The translations under genes and the position numbers were made by a program. Shown here piece after piece: positions 1 to 13,470 of a stretch of 64,000 nucleotides of DNA. Position 1 is the first letter of the stretch. Every line of letters begins with the position of its first letter. Below the pieces are notes generated by a model. That model had not been told where the DNA came from, searched no databases, and saw only the letters and a list, made by a program, of their open reading frames with translations. The stretch covers positions 20,584,001-20,648,000 of the forward strand of contig JBHGNT010000006.1 of assembly GCA_043228905.1 (NCBI GenBank), written 5' to 3'. The DNA comes from Azolla caroliniana. Lineage: Eukaryota; Plantae; Polypodiophyta.

Positions 1-199
1 ATGATTAGAATTTGAACTCAAATAAAGACTAGCTAAACGGTGGAACATAAATGGTAATATTTCCATCCCCATCATAAATGATACATATCTTTAAGATCTT
101 CCTACGAAAAATTAGCTATAAAAAAAACTATTTAGCTATGGTCAATTTACCAGCTAAATAGCTATAATAGTGTTTCCATTCGCATGCTTTCACCCATAT

Positions 200-699
200 A
201 TACTATATATATATATATATATATATCAAGACGGTTACAACTAACAGGCCGGCAAGGCGAACACCGACGCCTGTTCACTCACACATAGAAGAGCGAGATG
301 GAGACTCTACCGGAAGCACAAGGGCGTTCCACAAAGCAGAGTCAGCCTCCCGAAAACCTACGCAAAATGGCTATGGAGAGTGGCAGAGGAGAAGGGCTCG
401 GTCCCAATCCGGCAGCACTTCGTCCTCTCTAACGCGTGATACCCTTCCCATTCCTCTCCCTCTCTTTTATAGCCCAAGGAGGGAGGCCGTTATCATCCGT
501 TACATCACATTAATTCTTTGTCCTTTCGGACAGAGATACACCTCGATTCTCTCCCTATTGATTGCGTGCTACCTAGGATTTCACCTCAACTGACTTGTAC
601 CTACCTACTTACCATACAACAAAAAGTGTGCTCGCGTGTAAGGGCCGGTTTACACACGCTAAACTCGGTTTCCGCCTATGGACGGTTTTCTTCACGACA
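200..699 (-). mobile_element. LTR fragment (TGTCGTGAAG-type Ty3/gypsy LTR family), low-coordinate end not defined
   Basis: Minus strand begins TGTCGTGAAG at 699, the same terminus as the solo LTR at 58358. The TATA block at 464-487 (reverse complement cctccctccttgggctataaaag) matches about 58494-58514. Confidence 0.55.
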
Positions 700-1334
700 A
701 TGTGTGCCTGCCTCGTTAGGTTCTTCTCTCAACGACTGACCAACTTGCTCTGTGGGATCCTGCATGGTTCTCGATCTGTCAAGGCCTCCTCGAATTGTCG
801 TCGACAACTACGGCCAAGCACGACACACCTAGGTGTAAACGTGATGAGCAGACTCGAGATTGAGCATTCTGATGAAACTCAACACTAGTTCAAGTGCTCA
901 AACATTTAAGCATGTGTCCTGCTTTGGCCAACATTACGTCAAAATTCTTGTTTACATTAACGTCCACTGAGAGACTACCTCATTAGGCTTGAATCATAGT
1001 TGTGCCTCCCCTGTTGGGTTCTTCTATGGATGACATATCAACCTAGTTTTTGGGATCTTGCATCTATCAGGGGCTCCTCAAATTGTTGTCAACAATTGCT
1101 ACCAAGCAAGAGACACCTTGGCGTAACGCAAAGAGCATTCTCGAGATCGAGCATCCAATGAGACTTGGTGCTAGTTCTTCTTACGATCTTGATCTCTAGA
1201 CTATACATATAGAGGAGCATTGATTGAGACTCGATGGTCAAAAGAATAATGGATCAATCTTATCTTATAAGTCATCACACCCAAAAAAAGTAGTCGTATC
1301 GAAAAACAAGTAGCATTGAGAATAACGCAATAGA

Positions 1335-2430
1335 TTATGAGATTCCACATGGTATCAAATAGATTGATGTCTTGATTATTAACGTTAACATCAAGAGTTC
1401 AAGTATGAGGCATTGCAACTCATGTGTTATCTTCTCTATAAAGAGTGATCTTCTTTTTTCTTTTTTTCCAAAAAAAGATACTACATTAGTATTAGAAAAT
1501 GCCATAAGGCTAAACATACAAGATATACCACAGATCTCCAATATTTTTCTAAATTCTAATTTCTAACCATCGGCTTAAATAAATACTTTGGTGTTGAGTA
1601 AAACCACTCCACCTTACCAAAAAGCCATCTATAAAATATACCTATGTCCCAGATGGCATGAAACTCCAAGCGCTCAAGCTCCGCTTGGTGCATATTACCT
1701 TTTATACAATCCAACAACCTTATGAGATTATGCACAATCTCTATCCAAATTCCCGAATTTATTTGGGCAGGTCTTTCAGTCACATTTTGAAATACCTTCA
1801 AACATCAAGCCTTCCAAATATACCAATTTGTAATACTACTTACCAATTGCCATATTTGAGGTTTATCAATTTGTATTTGTGGATTCAAAGGTATCAATTT
1901 TTTTTCCATCAAACCATGTCTCATCACAATAGCATCTACAACCTCCTCTTGTTCATATACCATAGGTTTATCATGTACCACTGGCCATAATACTGCACCC
2001 CATGTATACACTGCTCTAGGATATACTAGAGTTAATAATTTTATGATTCGTTTCCATATGTCCATAGCAAAATCACAACTCCACAAACAATGTAAAAAAA
2101 GGGCACATCTTGTCTACATTTCCTTTTTGCCGCCCATTACTTGGTATAGATTTATGAACCAACAACCATAAAAAACAAACAATTTTCCTACTCATCTTTA
2201 TACCCCATAGCCATTTCCAAAATTGTTTGAGATGTTGTGGAGAAAGTTCATTTTGTCTCCAAACAACATTTGCAATTGGTTCTTTCCATGATCTAGCACC
2301 TAATATATTCCTACCAATCTTCACAGGATATTGAAAGAAAGGCACGTATTTGATGTGATATTGCACCCACACCTTCCAATACAGTTCTCTAGGATCCCAA
2401 GTTAATCTAGATATTGGCCTCCTTTCCATC
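1335..2430 (-). mobile_element. Degenerate LINE ORF2 C-terminal relic (zf-RVT region)
   Basis: Broken ORFs LTWDPRELYWK...FWKWLWGIKMSRKIVCFLWLLVHKSIP and IWIEIVHNL parallel the LINE at 35726-36877 (LDWDPLEVWW...FWRRLWVFDMPEKIKLWLWLLSHKAVP; IWFELVSCL). Confidence 0.75.
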
Positions 2431-2515
2431 CATTTCTATGTAGTAGATCCAATTTGCATCTGAATATTAGAAATGACATTTGATTAACCAACATATTCAA
2501 TGAGTTTAGTGTTCT

Positions 2516-2745
2516 TGGTAACATTATGTTAGAATGCAACATATGATCCAACTTTAGTCATTTGTGAGTTAAATGTTGTTTGTCAACCTAAAGCCTAATA
2601 TTCATGGGCATCCTACTTGAACGTGGTTTTTGGTAACATTATGTTAGAATGCAATATATGATCCAACTTTAGTCATTTGTTGGTTGATTGTTGTTTGTCA
2701 ACCTAAAGCCCAATATTCTCGTTGCATGGTCATCCCACTTGAACG
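2516..2745. repeat. Tandem duplication, about 115-bp unit x2
   Basis: tggtaacattatgttagaatgcaa...gtcaacctaaagcc occurs at about 2516 and again at 2631. Confidence 0.8.
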
Positions 2746-3221
2746 TTATTGTCCTTCCCCACAAACTCATTGATGTCTACTAGTAGGCCACCATCTAAAC
2801 GAGGATTTGCTTGCCAAATTTGTTGTAACCTTTGTACTCAATTTAGTTGATGATTTGATCCCATTGGTACCACAATTTAGGATTAACCCTTGAAGACAAT
2901 TACATATTGGAAAGATGTTAAAGTTAGGGTAATATTTAGCTTAGTTGATCATCGTGAAGTTAGAGAAAATTAATTAACTTTGGCACTTGGTATTTTTCTA
3001 ATGTTACTCTTGATAGAGAGTCATGTATCGATGTATTGACATGCTTTTTATACAAGAACAATGTGTAAAACAAGTAGAGTCCACCACATGTCAAATGATG
3101 ATTGTTGTTCAATCTTATCATGTATGAGGATTATAGTCATCTTTCACCGTTGCATTCACCACAATCACAAAAAAGTTTGAAATAATGTCCACAAAGTCAT
3201 TGTTAAGAGTCTATTACTAAT

Positions 3222-3660
3222 TGTTAAGTAATTAGGTAATTAACTAGGGTTAATTAGAGACTAATTATATGGTTACGTTAAGCAGCGGAAGATTAGTATG
3301 ATATGTGCATGAGAGTGTGTGAGAGGAAGAGAGAGAGAGAGGAAGTTACACTTGAACACAAAGATAAATGGGGGATGATTGACTATATTGAAAAGTGTCA
3401 TCAACATACAAAAATACCCACAATGAGGTATATAAACAACCCATGTGCAAGGGTGCACATGTGTGGGTAGAACATAGGTACTTATGTGTAAGTCCTACAT
3501 TAAATGTACTAAGGAGTGAAGGATCTAGAATATCCCACTTAAGTACAAGGTCCTATTTAAAGGCTTAAGGTCAACACATTAACTAGATTCGATCTAGGTA
3601 ACTACTAAGTTACATGTGTTGACTAACTAGATTAAACTAGTTGAGCTTGATATCTCAACA
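3222..3660. mobile_element. Solo LTR (439 bp)
   Basis: Termini TGTTAAG...CTCAACA, flanked by a perfect 5-bp TSD CTAAT (3217-3221 and 3661-3665). Confidence 0.75.
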
Positions 3661-5887
3661 CTAATCAATAGACCAAAGTAAAGTAAATGAAGGGAAATAG
3701 ATTGGATAGAAGAACCCCTTCCACCCGACCACCCCTGAGCTATGATCTAAACATAGCCAACCTACCACCAATGTCCCATACCGCCAGATATTAGGATGAC
3801 TAATACCTTGGAAGAGATAAACACGATCGTCGAGACGAAAGCCTAGCCTGCACCACCAGTGTCTAAGACAGTAGCCTTCCGACGTAATGTGCTTATGAGG
3901 GTAGCTAAACCTCATATTTATACCTTTTCCTAGGCCCCTTGAATAGATGTGCCTTTCTAAAAGGGTCTCCATTCATTGGTTGCCCATAATCGTGATAGTG
4001 CATGCAGATATCATTCCTTCTATCCAATCACATTAGCCCCCTTTTTAACATTAGTGAACATACCCTTCACTAATGTAAATATTGTTGACCTACCCTCACC
4101 ATTATGTGTACATAACAGTCACCTATCCCCTCATTAATGAATTCATATTTACAAGAGAAGCATCAGGGAACCTTGACACCAACCATATCTTTTGTATTTG
4201 AGTTTTTATTTTCAAACCCAATAATTCCAACACACTGCAACATATACACATCATCCTCGGAAACATAAAGGTTTGTCAGGTTAACAACGATGACCAATGA
4301 AATGAAAAGGATTAGGTAATCTTATTGCTAAATATAAGTAGCACTCAAAAAGTATTCGATAAGTGAATGTTTTTTGAGTTGAAAGTTTGGTTTTTGTATA
4401 AACAAATCAAAGAAATGTTTCATTAACTTACTAGTTTGCTTATGAGATCCTTTGGGATAAAGATCTAGTTGCATTGCAAGCATGCATATTATACATGATC
4501 TTGAAGTTGAACACTAAAAACATGTATATTGGTTGATCTAATTGCAATACCTTTGCGTAGGTTAACCTTTTTTTATTGTGCTTGAATATGCATATGACCA
4601 ATTAACTTGCTTAAAAGAAGCACATTGTTTTTTATTTGTTCTTAGAATACAATGTGACCATACCTTGGGTAATCACTTTTGAACAAATATTCTTGTAGAG
4701 TTAACATTGTATGAGCATCATCAAATGTGTTACATGACATGTTATTTTGTGATTCACAATATTAACATTGCAAACACATGTGTGTCTCCCTCAAAAGTAG
4801 GACCCAATTGGCAACGAGAAGTATACAAATTATGTGTGATTGTGTGCAAAGCATACAATTATACTAATTGCATTTAAAAACTTCAAACATCATAACTATT
4901 TAACCCTCTCTCTCTCGGGGTAGAGGGAAATTCTCTAAAACAATAAAAAAAGTGGAATATGCACTTGAGGATATGATCCCCACATGTTCCAATACCGCCA
5001 AGTGGAGCATAAGAATACCTTTTGACTTCCGTAATATATGTTTAAACTCCATGTATACCTTCAACCGTGAAAACACTAGCCATATTCCAGTTATGTTTTA
5101 ATCCCAACAACGTAAAATTTGGAATCTGGTCTCCATCTCATCATTTAGACCATTATTGAGTGGAGATCCATTGTGTAGGCCTCTAAGCAACAATGGTTGA
5201 AAACGTGCCAAATCTCTGATAAAAATATACTTCCAAATGGTATGAGCAATAGTGGGCATTGAATAAATATATATATGTACAATCTTCCAACAGAGTGGTA
5301 CAAAAGAGACATCATGCTAGATCCCAACGTCTCAGAGTATCTATCTATCTATCTATACATACATACATTATACATACATACACACACATTACAATACAAC
5401 ATACATACATACATACGTACGTACGTACGTACGCACATATATATAATGTATGGGGAAGTTGTGTTCATCATTCAGTCAAATTTGACACGGAAGACCATAG
5501 AAAGAAAAAACCGTTGTCATGATTTTAAAAGCCTTCTTGAAGTCTGTTGGATCTTTCCACCTGCCAAAAAGCGTCGTCCACGAGACCACATGAAAAAGAA
5601 TGGATGATGTACAAACTCAGATTCAATAATCTCTAATATCTATCACTACACAATGTGTGTGTGAAAGAAACAAAGAAAGAAATATTAACGTCTTCTAAGG
5701 ACAAAATTGGCCCATGAGACAATTGGTTTACAACAAAATGGGATATTTACCCATTCATCGAAAGTAAAAATAAAAAATGTGCACACATTGTGAATATAGG
5801 GCAAGGACAGGGTGGGAGGGGTATCTCATGAAAATATATAAAACTACACATTTTCATATACGTACATATGTACATACATTATATTAA

Positions 5888-6182
5888 CATAGTACGTAAA
5901 ATTCGTGTTTGTCTGGCATAACATTCGTTTTCATACGTTGGAAAACGAATGCAAATGTTATTCAAACATTCTTATATATATATATATATTGTTTATTTCC
6001 CATTTTTTTAAATGTTTTTTTTTTTGTTTTTTTTCCATTTTTTAGGCTTATTTACCTCGTAATAAATAGTTAATCCAAAAGTATGGTATTTATCATTCTT
6101 TGAAGGGTTTTTTTTTCTTGCGCGAATGATTTAACCATTCGAGAATGCGAATGCATGTATGGTACGTATGGTTCATAGTATG
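5888..6182. mobile_element. Internally deleted MITE, same family as 51059-51558, directly upstream of the BTB gene
   Basis: 5893-6182 aligns by eye with 51308-51558 and carries the terminal motif gtatggtacgtatggttcatagtatg. No TSD seen. Confidence 0.7.
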
Positions 6183-6370
6183 CATACATACATGTTCCAT
6201 ATACATTTGTATGGTATGTAATCTATAAGAAGAAGGCCCCACAGAGAAGCAGAAGAAGAAGAAGAAGAAGAAGAAGAAGAGAATACTTTGAATTGCCCAC
6301 CAAAGAGAGAGAGAGAGAGAGAGAGAGATCCTCTGCAAGAAGAAGAAGAAGAAGACTGGTGGTGGTGGTG

Positions 6371-7813
6371 ATGATGATGATGCCCTCCAGGGCCTCCCCT
6401 GCTCGCAGGCCAATCCATCTCAACGTGGGCGGTACCCTGTTCCACACCAACACAGAGACCCTGCAGGCTGCAGGGGAAGGATCTCTCCTCGCAAGTATAG
6501 CACAGGAAGCCGCCTCCAGGCGAGAGAAACAACCCTCAGATCTCGACCCCGACCCTGATCCTGACCCTTTCTTCATCGATCGAGACGCGGAGCTCTTCGG
6601 AGTCCTCCTCTTCGCGCTTCGATCCAAGCGCCTGCCCCTCCACCTCCCCGATGGCATGGATCTCAACATGCTCATCCATGAAGCCTCACACTTTGGTATG
6701 TCCAAATGCTTCCAATCCTGCATCTCCCCTCCCCCCATCGATGGCCTCGACACCCAGAAGATCAGGGTCCTCCTTTCCAATGGCCGGGATCACCCATCTG
6801 CCATTGCGGTCTTCCCTCAAGATGGCTCCCTGTGCTTGGGCCATGGCAACAAGATCACTTTCTATGATTGGGCCCTCCGCAGATGCAACACAACACTTAC
6901 CGAGCTTTGCACAATTCAATCCCTACATATGCTCTCGAATAGCCATGCTGCCATTGGGGCTCCTGACATACCGGGGCTCCATGTGTACGATGTCTCGTCT
7001 AGTAAGCACAAGAAAAGCTTCATGTGGTCCGACACACAAGACCCTAGGGTTTTTAATCCAAGCGTGCATGCCATAACATCATCGCAGAGCTCAGTCTTTG
7101 TTAGCTTCAGCAGTCTCAAGGGAGGGGATAATACCCTAGCTCTTGTGGACCCGGAAAGGCTCGAAGTGGTTGAAGATATCGGTAGGCAAAGAGGTTTGGC
7201 CACGGTGGCGTCTAACAAGCTGGAATGGATGAATAGAAGAGGGTTGTTAGTGGCTGGTGTGACGGCTGGAAGCCCGTTTGGCTATAACGGCCATTTAAGA
7301 TTGTTTGATGCAAGGAGTAAAGATCGGATATGGGAGTGGAAGGAACCCAACATGAGGTTGCGCCCGAAAGAGAAGGATTGCTTTGCAGATTGGGCGACAT
7401 CGGATGAACTTGATGGGATCTTTAAGATCAGTATAACCTCTGGGCAGTTGGAGTTTCTGGATCTTCGCAAGATGAAAGATGGAGGTAAGGAGGAGGACCC
7501 ATGGATGGTGATGGAGGAAACCGCACCTAGCTTAGAGAAAGGGGAAGGAGGTGCATCAAATCTTCTTGCGGTGTGTGGGAGACAGGTATTTTGCAGCCGT
7601 AGAGGCGATCTAGAAGCGTGGGCGGAGGTGCCATTGCAACTCCCGCCAGATGAGGAGTATTGGGAGAATTCCTTCAGAAGGAATTATGTGGACCAGCGAC
7701 GGAACATGGATACCATCACAAATATGGCTTCTGGTGGTAATAGGCTGTTTGTTACCAGAGAGGAGTTTCAAGGTGTAGAGGTTTGGGAAACTCAATGTTT
7801 TCGGAAGGTTTGA
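6371..7813 (+). CDS. BTB/POZ (KCTD/T1-type) domain protein with C-terminal beta-propeller (At2g24240/At4g30940-like), intronless, about 480 aa
   Basis: Open frame with IHLNVGGTLFHTNTETL, FFIDRDAELFGVLL, PPPIDGLD and C-terminal GGNRLFVTREEFQGVEVWET. First ATG at 6371 follows (GAA)n/(GA)n 5'UTR repeats. Confidence 0.92.
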   Translation: MMMMPSRASPARRPIHLNVGGTLFHTNTETLQAAGEGSLLASIAQEAASRREKQPSDLDPDPDPDPFFIDRDAELFGVLLFALRSKRLPLHLPDGMDLNMLIHEASHFGMSKCFQSCISPPPIDGLDTQKIRVLLSNGRDHPSAIAVFPQDGSLCLGHGNKITFYDWALRRCNTTLTELCTIQSLHMLSNSHAAIGAPDIPGLHVYDVSSSKHKKSFMWSDTQDPRVFNPSVHAITSSQSSVFVSFSSLKGGDNTLALVDPERLEVVEDIGRQRGLATVASNKLEWMNRRGLLVAGVTAGSPFGYNGHLRLFDARSKDRIWEWKEPNMRLRPKEKDCFADWATSDELDGIFKISITSGQLEFLDLRKMKDGGKEEDPWMVMEETAPSLEKGEGGASNLLAVCGRQVFCSRRGDLEAWAEVPLQLPPDEEYWENSFRRNYVDQRRNMDTITNMASGGNRLFVTREEFQGVEVWETQCFRKV

Positions 7814-9669
7814 AGTAGGCTTTTCAAGGCTTTCACCCCACCCGTTTTTTTTCTTGATATGAAGAGAAAGCTTGGTTTGAAAGTGGATTGTGGGCACCCG
7901 ATTGCCCCGAAAAGCGGATCGAAGATCAAGTGGAATTGGATCTCCACTCTTGCACCGCGCTCGCATTTTTGTACAAACTACTTCTATGAAGAAGCTCAAT
8001 AAGGGATATCAATCCATACCCCTTTGATAAAAGATTGATTTCCTGCCTCTTTGGGTTGTTACAATGTACATGTCCAAAACTGTCGTCCAGATCGTTAGAC
8101 TGTAAGTTTATCGGACTCATGTAAAGTTTATGCTTCCACTAGTGGTGATGTTTAATGCCCTCTTTACCACCGCCGAAATGGTTTGTTTTCAACAAGTTGT
8201 GACAATTCTGTGGAAAATTTGTGCATGATTTTTTCCAACAATGTGCAATAATTTCATGGAAATTTTGTTACTGGTGGCTCATAAATTCTTTTCTCAGCAT
8301 ATGCAAATTATGCAGGTTTTAATAATATGGGGTTTTGTTATTGATGGCCGATGAATGCTTTTCCTCAACGCACAAAAATTATGTGAGTTTTTTTAATGGA
8401 CTTGACCCCTTGTTTCAATCAGCATTCAATTGGATGAGATTTCTAGTGGGAAAGGTCTTTGTGTATTCATTGTTTGCAGATAATCATATGTAAACTTCTC
8501 TTATATTATGTGCATGTGGTTATTAATAATGAGCTTTGATAGTTAGTAATAATGAGCTCTGATAGTTAGTGGGACAAGTGTTTAAATACATCAAAGGAAC
8601 ATGGAGAGATAGTTATGAAGCGTGTTTAATGAGAGGCTTGAAAGCATTCATTAATTGTAGATCCTAATGGTTAATTTGCAATTGCACAACACATTTCTTA
8701 AGTACTTGATTTCCTAAACTCAACAACCTCAATCTTGGACAACCCCCAAAGACATCGTACCTCCATGTCAATAGCAAGATCGATCACATACATTTCTTGC
8801 TAGAGGCAACCATGTGAAGATGGACACGAAGAAGCAACCTTGTTTTGTGAACAACTCGTTTTTATAGTATCATGTTCCAAACCATAGAGTTTGATGTTGC
8901 CCACATAAATATTCTTGTTGTATTGTAGGCAATTTGCTTAGGTTTACGTCGTCAACCTTAATGGAAAATAAGTAAACATCCAACTCTATCAGCTTTGCAA
9001 CAAGAAGCTTCAAGATTTCGACACTCCACCAAGGAACCAAATATCAGCATCCCAAGGAAGTTCAGTAGTATGCAACCTTAGTTTTGAGGATTCCTTAACC
9101 AAGTATGTCTAGTGATTCAAGTGCATCCCAACCAATATTCAATAGATGTAACTTGTTGGAACTTTGTTGATAGGCATCACATTAGTATGCTTTGTACCAT
9201 GTTGATTTCCTGTCATCTTCGTTGGAAGATTTTGATGGTTTTATCAAGGAATTTCAAGCAACCTTAGAGAGATAGAAATTGTGTGAGAATGACAATAAGC
9301 AAGGTTCAACGATTCTAACATGGAGTTTGCCTTGCCTTAGCTTGCACAACAAAATTTTGCCTTTTTCCATATGATAGTCATTGGCACAAAGAGACATTAA
9401 TGGACCAATTCTTACGAAGAATTTGCTCCTACCTTTCATGAAAGACCCCAAATCACTTACAAAGATGTTTAGTCAAGTTGTTTGATATCACAATCACTTA
9501 TTTGGTTGGCACTTTGAATGCCAATTGATGATACATCCTAATTCAAAGCAAATGCTTGTATCTATGGTAGCAAAACCACATTGAAGCCCTACACGAAAAT
9601 CACCAAAGTGGGTTTGATAGCTAAAGCCTAAGACGAATGCACTCCAATCAAGATTGAGGTATCATGCTC

Positions 9670-9800
9670 TCAAGTGCCATTTAATGAAGTTGAGAAGAAA
9701 CAAAGTCAAGCAAACTATTCATCTTTCTATTGTGGTGGTCCAAGACATGTATTGGTGAATTGTCCACATAGATCACGACACCAACTAAGTGAACTACCTA
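9670..9800 (+). mobile_element. Degenerate retroelement gag zinc-knuckle relic
   Basis: SFYCGGPRHVLVNC fits CX2CX4HX4C with the first Cys lost. Surrounding frames are full of stops. Confidence 0.35.
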
Positions 9801-10719
9801 GAATAATGTTATTTCCATTTCGTCAATTAGTTTTGGTGATCCTAATAGGCCTAGGAGCCTGCCCACAATAATAAGTTTGAAGTTTTGAGTTAGCCAGAAG
9901 ATATGTTAAATGGGTAACCCAAAACTGTAGTAATTTGGTTGGACAATTTAGAGTATGTAGAGCATTTTCTAAATATCTCTTCCATTTCATTGAATCAAGT
10001 TGCCGGAGTTTTTGTTGCACAAAGTTGAACATTATTCACTGAGGTATCATTGAGTCCTTATCTATGCTCTCTTAGATTTTGAAGAAAATGGAACATTATT
10101 AGCAATTCTAAGCATCCAATTGTTGTTGGTCTCCCTTGATTCAAACTTCATAATTTGAAGATTGATAGAAGAAATAGAGCAATCAAAGAGTCCCCAAAAC
10201 TTCGTGCAACAAAGTGCCATAGAAAAAGCACTCCTAAATCTCTCACCTTAACCATTGTCGAAATTGGGATCCCATCATATCTCAACAATTGCTCTACAGA
10301 GGTTTGGATCTTTGTAGTTTGTTTATAGTGTAGTTGTAGTGCCGAATAACATAGTAGCCCAACTCTTCTATTCAACCTAATGGTCTATAACTTGTGTCAG
10401 CGAGGGAGTGGTAGAGACCAATGACTACAGAGACAACTTAGCAATAACGGTGAGCAACTTATTTATTGATGCCTTTCAATATTACTTAAAAAAACTCAAA
10501 TGTGTTCAATTGAAGTCGGAGATTTAGAAGGTTTGAATGCCTCACACTAAAACACTCTTTAGTAGACCATACGACCCTCTTTTAAGGCGTGTAATTTGAG
10601 CAAAAGCTTGTCTAAATGAAGAAGACAAGTTCCCTTCAAATTACAAAATCCAAAGAAAATTCCGACAAATCGTTGTATTCATTGAAATCTACACGTGCCT
10701 TTATTTTTGTTTTGTACAT

Positions 10720-11720
10720 GCAAGCCTTTTGTTAACCAAAACGTGCACACATACGAATGTACAAGCAGGCTTTCTATGGTCAAAACGTCCACATAGAACA
10801 TTGTTGGGACACACGATCAATATATTGATCGACTGTTGCCTTTCGTGTGGGCGAACAAGGTCCACAACTCTGATGTGTGGAATGTACAAGCATGCTTTCT
10901 ATGGTTGAGATATCCACACCAAACATTGTTGGAACACACGATCAATTGATCGATCGACTATTGCCTTTCATGTGGGCGAGCGAGGTCCAGAACTCCGGTG
11001 TGTGGAATGTACATGCAGGCTTTCTATGGTCGAGACATCCACAACAAACATTGTTGGGACACACGATCGATCGATCGATCAACTGTTGCCTTCTGTGTGG
11101 GCGAGCGAGGTCCATAGCTCCAATGTGTGGAATGTACATGCAGGCTTTCTATGGTCGAGACATCCACAACAAACATTGTTGGGACACATGATCAATCGAT
11201 CGATCAACTATTGCCTTCCGTGTGGGCGAGCGAGGTCCATAGCTCCAATGTGTGGAATGTACGTGCAGACATTCTATGGTCAAGACATCCACACCAAACA
11301 TTGTTTGAATGTACGATCAATTGATCGATCAACTGTTGCCTTCCGTGTGGGCAAGCGAGGTCCATAGCTCCAATGTGTGGAATGTACGTGCATGCATTCT
11401 ATGGTCGAGACATCCACACCAAACATTGTTGGGACACATGATCAATTGATCAATTGACCATTGCCTTCCATGTGGGTGAGCGAGGTCCACAACTTTGATG
11501 TGTGGAATGTACAAGCAAGCATTCTATGGTCGAGGCATTCACACAAAATATTGTTGGGACACACGATCAATTGATCGGTCAACTGTTGTCTTCCATGTGG
11601 GTGAATGAGGTCCATAACTCCAGTGTGTGGAATGTACACGCAAGCTTTCTATGGTCGAGACATCCACACAAAACATTGTTGGGACGCACGATTGATCGAT
11701 CAGTCAATTGTTGCCTTCCA
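10720..11720. repeat. Tandem array, 125-bp unit, about 8 copies, with a (GATC)n palindromic core
   Basis: gtggaatgtac recurs at 10877, 11002, 11127, 11252, 11377, 11502 and 11627, with a degenerate copy at about 10752. Confidence 0.95.
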
Positions 11721-11949
11721 TCGATCCGATGATCGGTTGATCGGATTGAGAGAGGGTCGGGTTCATTGGGAGGGCATACGCTTCGAAGAATGTTCGGGAA
11801 ATTGTGTATGCTTTTATTTTGTTATTGTGAGAGGACAGTCCCGAGGGCCGTGACAGCAACCCGAATACACGTTTGTCTGGCCTCCGACTAAGTGCCGAAA
11901 AACCCAACAAGGTTGTTTTGTTGTGCTTCCCAATCCAACTTATTTTCTT

Positions 11950-12060
11950 CTCTAAACTTAGGGTTTCAACTTTCAACAGATCCATAAGATTAGGGATTTT
12001 TTAAACAGGTCCAAAAGATTAGGGGTTTCAACAGATCCAGAAGATTAGGGTTTTGTAATA
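11950..12060 (+). promoter_or_regulatory. Telo-box-like (TTAGGGTTT) cluster, possible promoter or 5' region of VMA21
   Basis: TTAGGGTTT at about 11958 and 12044, plus variants at about 11990 and 12019. The link to VMA21 is inferred from a splice acceptor (tatgtag, about 17017) upstream of its ATG. Confidence 0.3.
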
Positions 12061-13045
12061 GGCTGAGAAGATTGGGGGGTTTCCCAACCATTCCCAATAT
12101 TCTGGGGTTTCTCAATGTAGGCAATATCATGTGAGTATATCTCTCTCTTTCTGTATACGATTTTCTTTTTCTTTTTCTGTTTAGTGTTTGTTGGGTTATA
12201 TGTTGCTGCTCTTAAAATCACATATTTGCTATAAAAAGAATCCAACGATGGATTTTGTTGTGTTTCTTGAATAGTTTGAGGAATTATATATATAACTCTG
12301 ATAGCTGCCTACAGCGTCTCCAAGGTATGAACAGATAGAGATAGAGAGAGTTGAGGTGGCTTCTAGGTTAAATTCAATATTTTTATGATTCCGTAATCAA
12401 TCCTTCAATAATCTTTTCTCATGGGAGTAACTCCTTGCATATGACATGTAACTCCAAAGAATTCTCTGTTTCTTGTTACCATTGAGATAGAGATCTTTGT
12501 ATCCAATCAAATTTGTTAATATTTTTGTTTCAAAAAACTTTAGAAGTGATGCAGAGGGTGTCAATGAGTCAATTTATCTTAACAAAAATTGAAATGTTTG
12601 GGTTGAAAATGAGAAACTTGCATTGTTCAGATGTCATGAATGTGGCACCTTGTGTATGAGAAATTATAGATCACCTTTTTAAACTATAGATCTTGTTATT
12701 GCTCAGAAACATCAAACTATGGTGATCAAGCTATAATCAAATTTTTTGGTTAAAAAGCTTAAACAAGTGCAATGGATGCAAGCTAGTTTATATGGCAAAT
12801 GAGGAAATGCAAGCCTTATAATTGGTCAGAGGTCAGGAAGATGGTGCACTATACACCTTCATTTCAAAAATTACCAAGCATGATGTCTTCTTCTTCCTTA
12901 CTAGGTTTTGGAAGGTTGCTATTGCTTCTCCGTGTGTACGAATCCACTAAGTGACTTCTAATTGCAAATGTCTCCTTGTATCATTACATTCCTCATCATA
13001 CCAGCTATTTTGTGTGGCTCAATCATGAGTGGTGCAATGTTGACT

Positions 13046-13470
13046 TTAGTGTGGAGAAATGCATTTGTGGATGCAAAACGCAACGAATTCGATAATTCTT
13101 GTATGACTTTCTGAGGTGGTAAAAGAATTCAAGTCAAGCATGCCATTGAATATACCACATCTGCACATATCAAATGTCTCCCCAACAAAATTGGTATTTA
13201 GTATGCCAGATCCCATTCTTAGATTATACATTCTTTTGGCATACATCCATAACTTGAAGGGCAGATATGCATTACCTGTTGCCAAGCCAATAGGTTTACT
13301 AGAGATAATGAACCCTCTTATCTCAGGTAGAAGGGATGGAAAACCTATCAGGTAATCAACTATACTCGCATCTCCTTTGGGGTTTGAACATGTCAAAGCA
13401 TATGATGTTGGCCATTGTGACAACTCATTGTGCATAACTAATCTATGTGCACTATCCAGGGCTAGAAAGT
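13046..13470 (-). mobile_element. LINE endonuclease relic
   Basis: LTCSNPKGDASIVDYLIG resembles the EEP-domain S-x-x-D-Y motif; degenerate. Confidence 0.5.

Noticed and set aside
6293-6370. N-terminal extension of the BTB ORF (MPTKERERE...)
   Set aside because: Starts at TTG and reads through (GA)n/(GAA)n 5'UTR microsatellites; the first ATG is at 6371.
6093-7999. Antisense and alternative-frame ORFs over the BTB gene, and similar ones over AGO, the LINE and the gypsy
   Set aside because: Shadow ORFs of real coding sequence with no independent motifs.
10720-11720. CRISPR-like array or repeat-encoded peptides (MECT..., MYIPH... ORFs)
   Set aside because: Whole 125-bp units are homologous with no unique spacers and no cas genes. 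The unit length is not a multiple of 3, so the ORFs are by-products.
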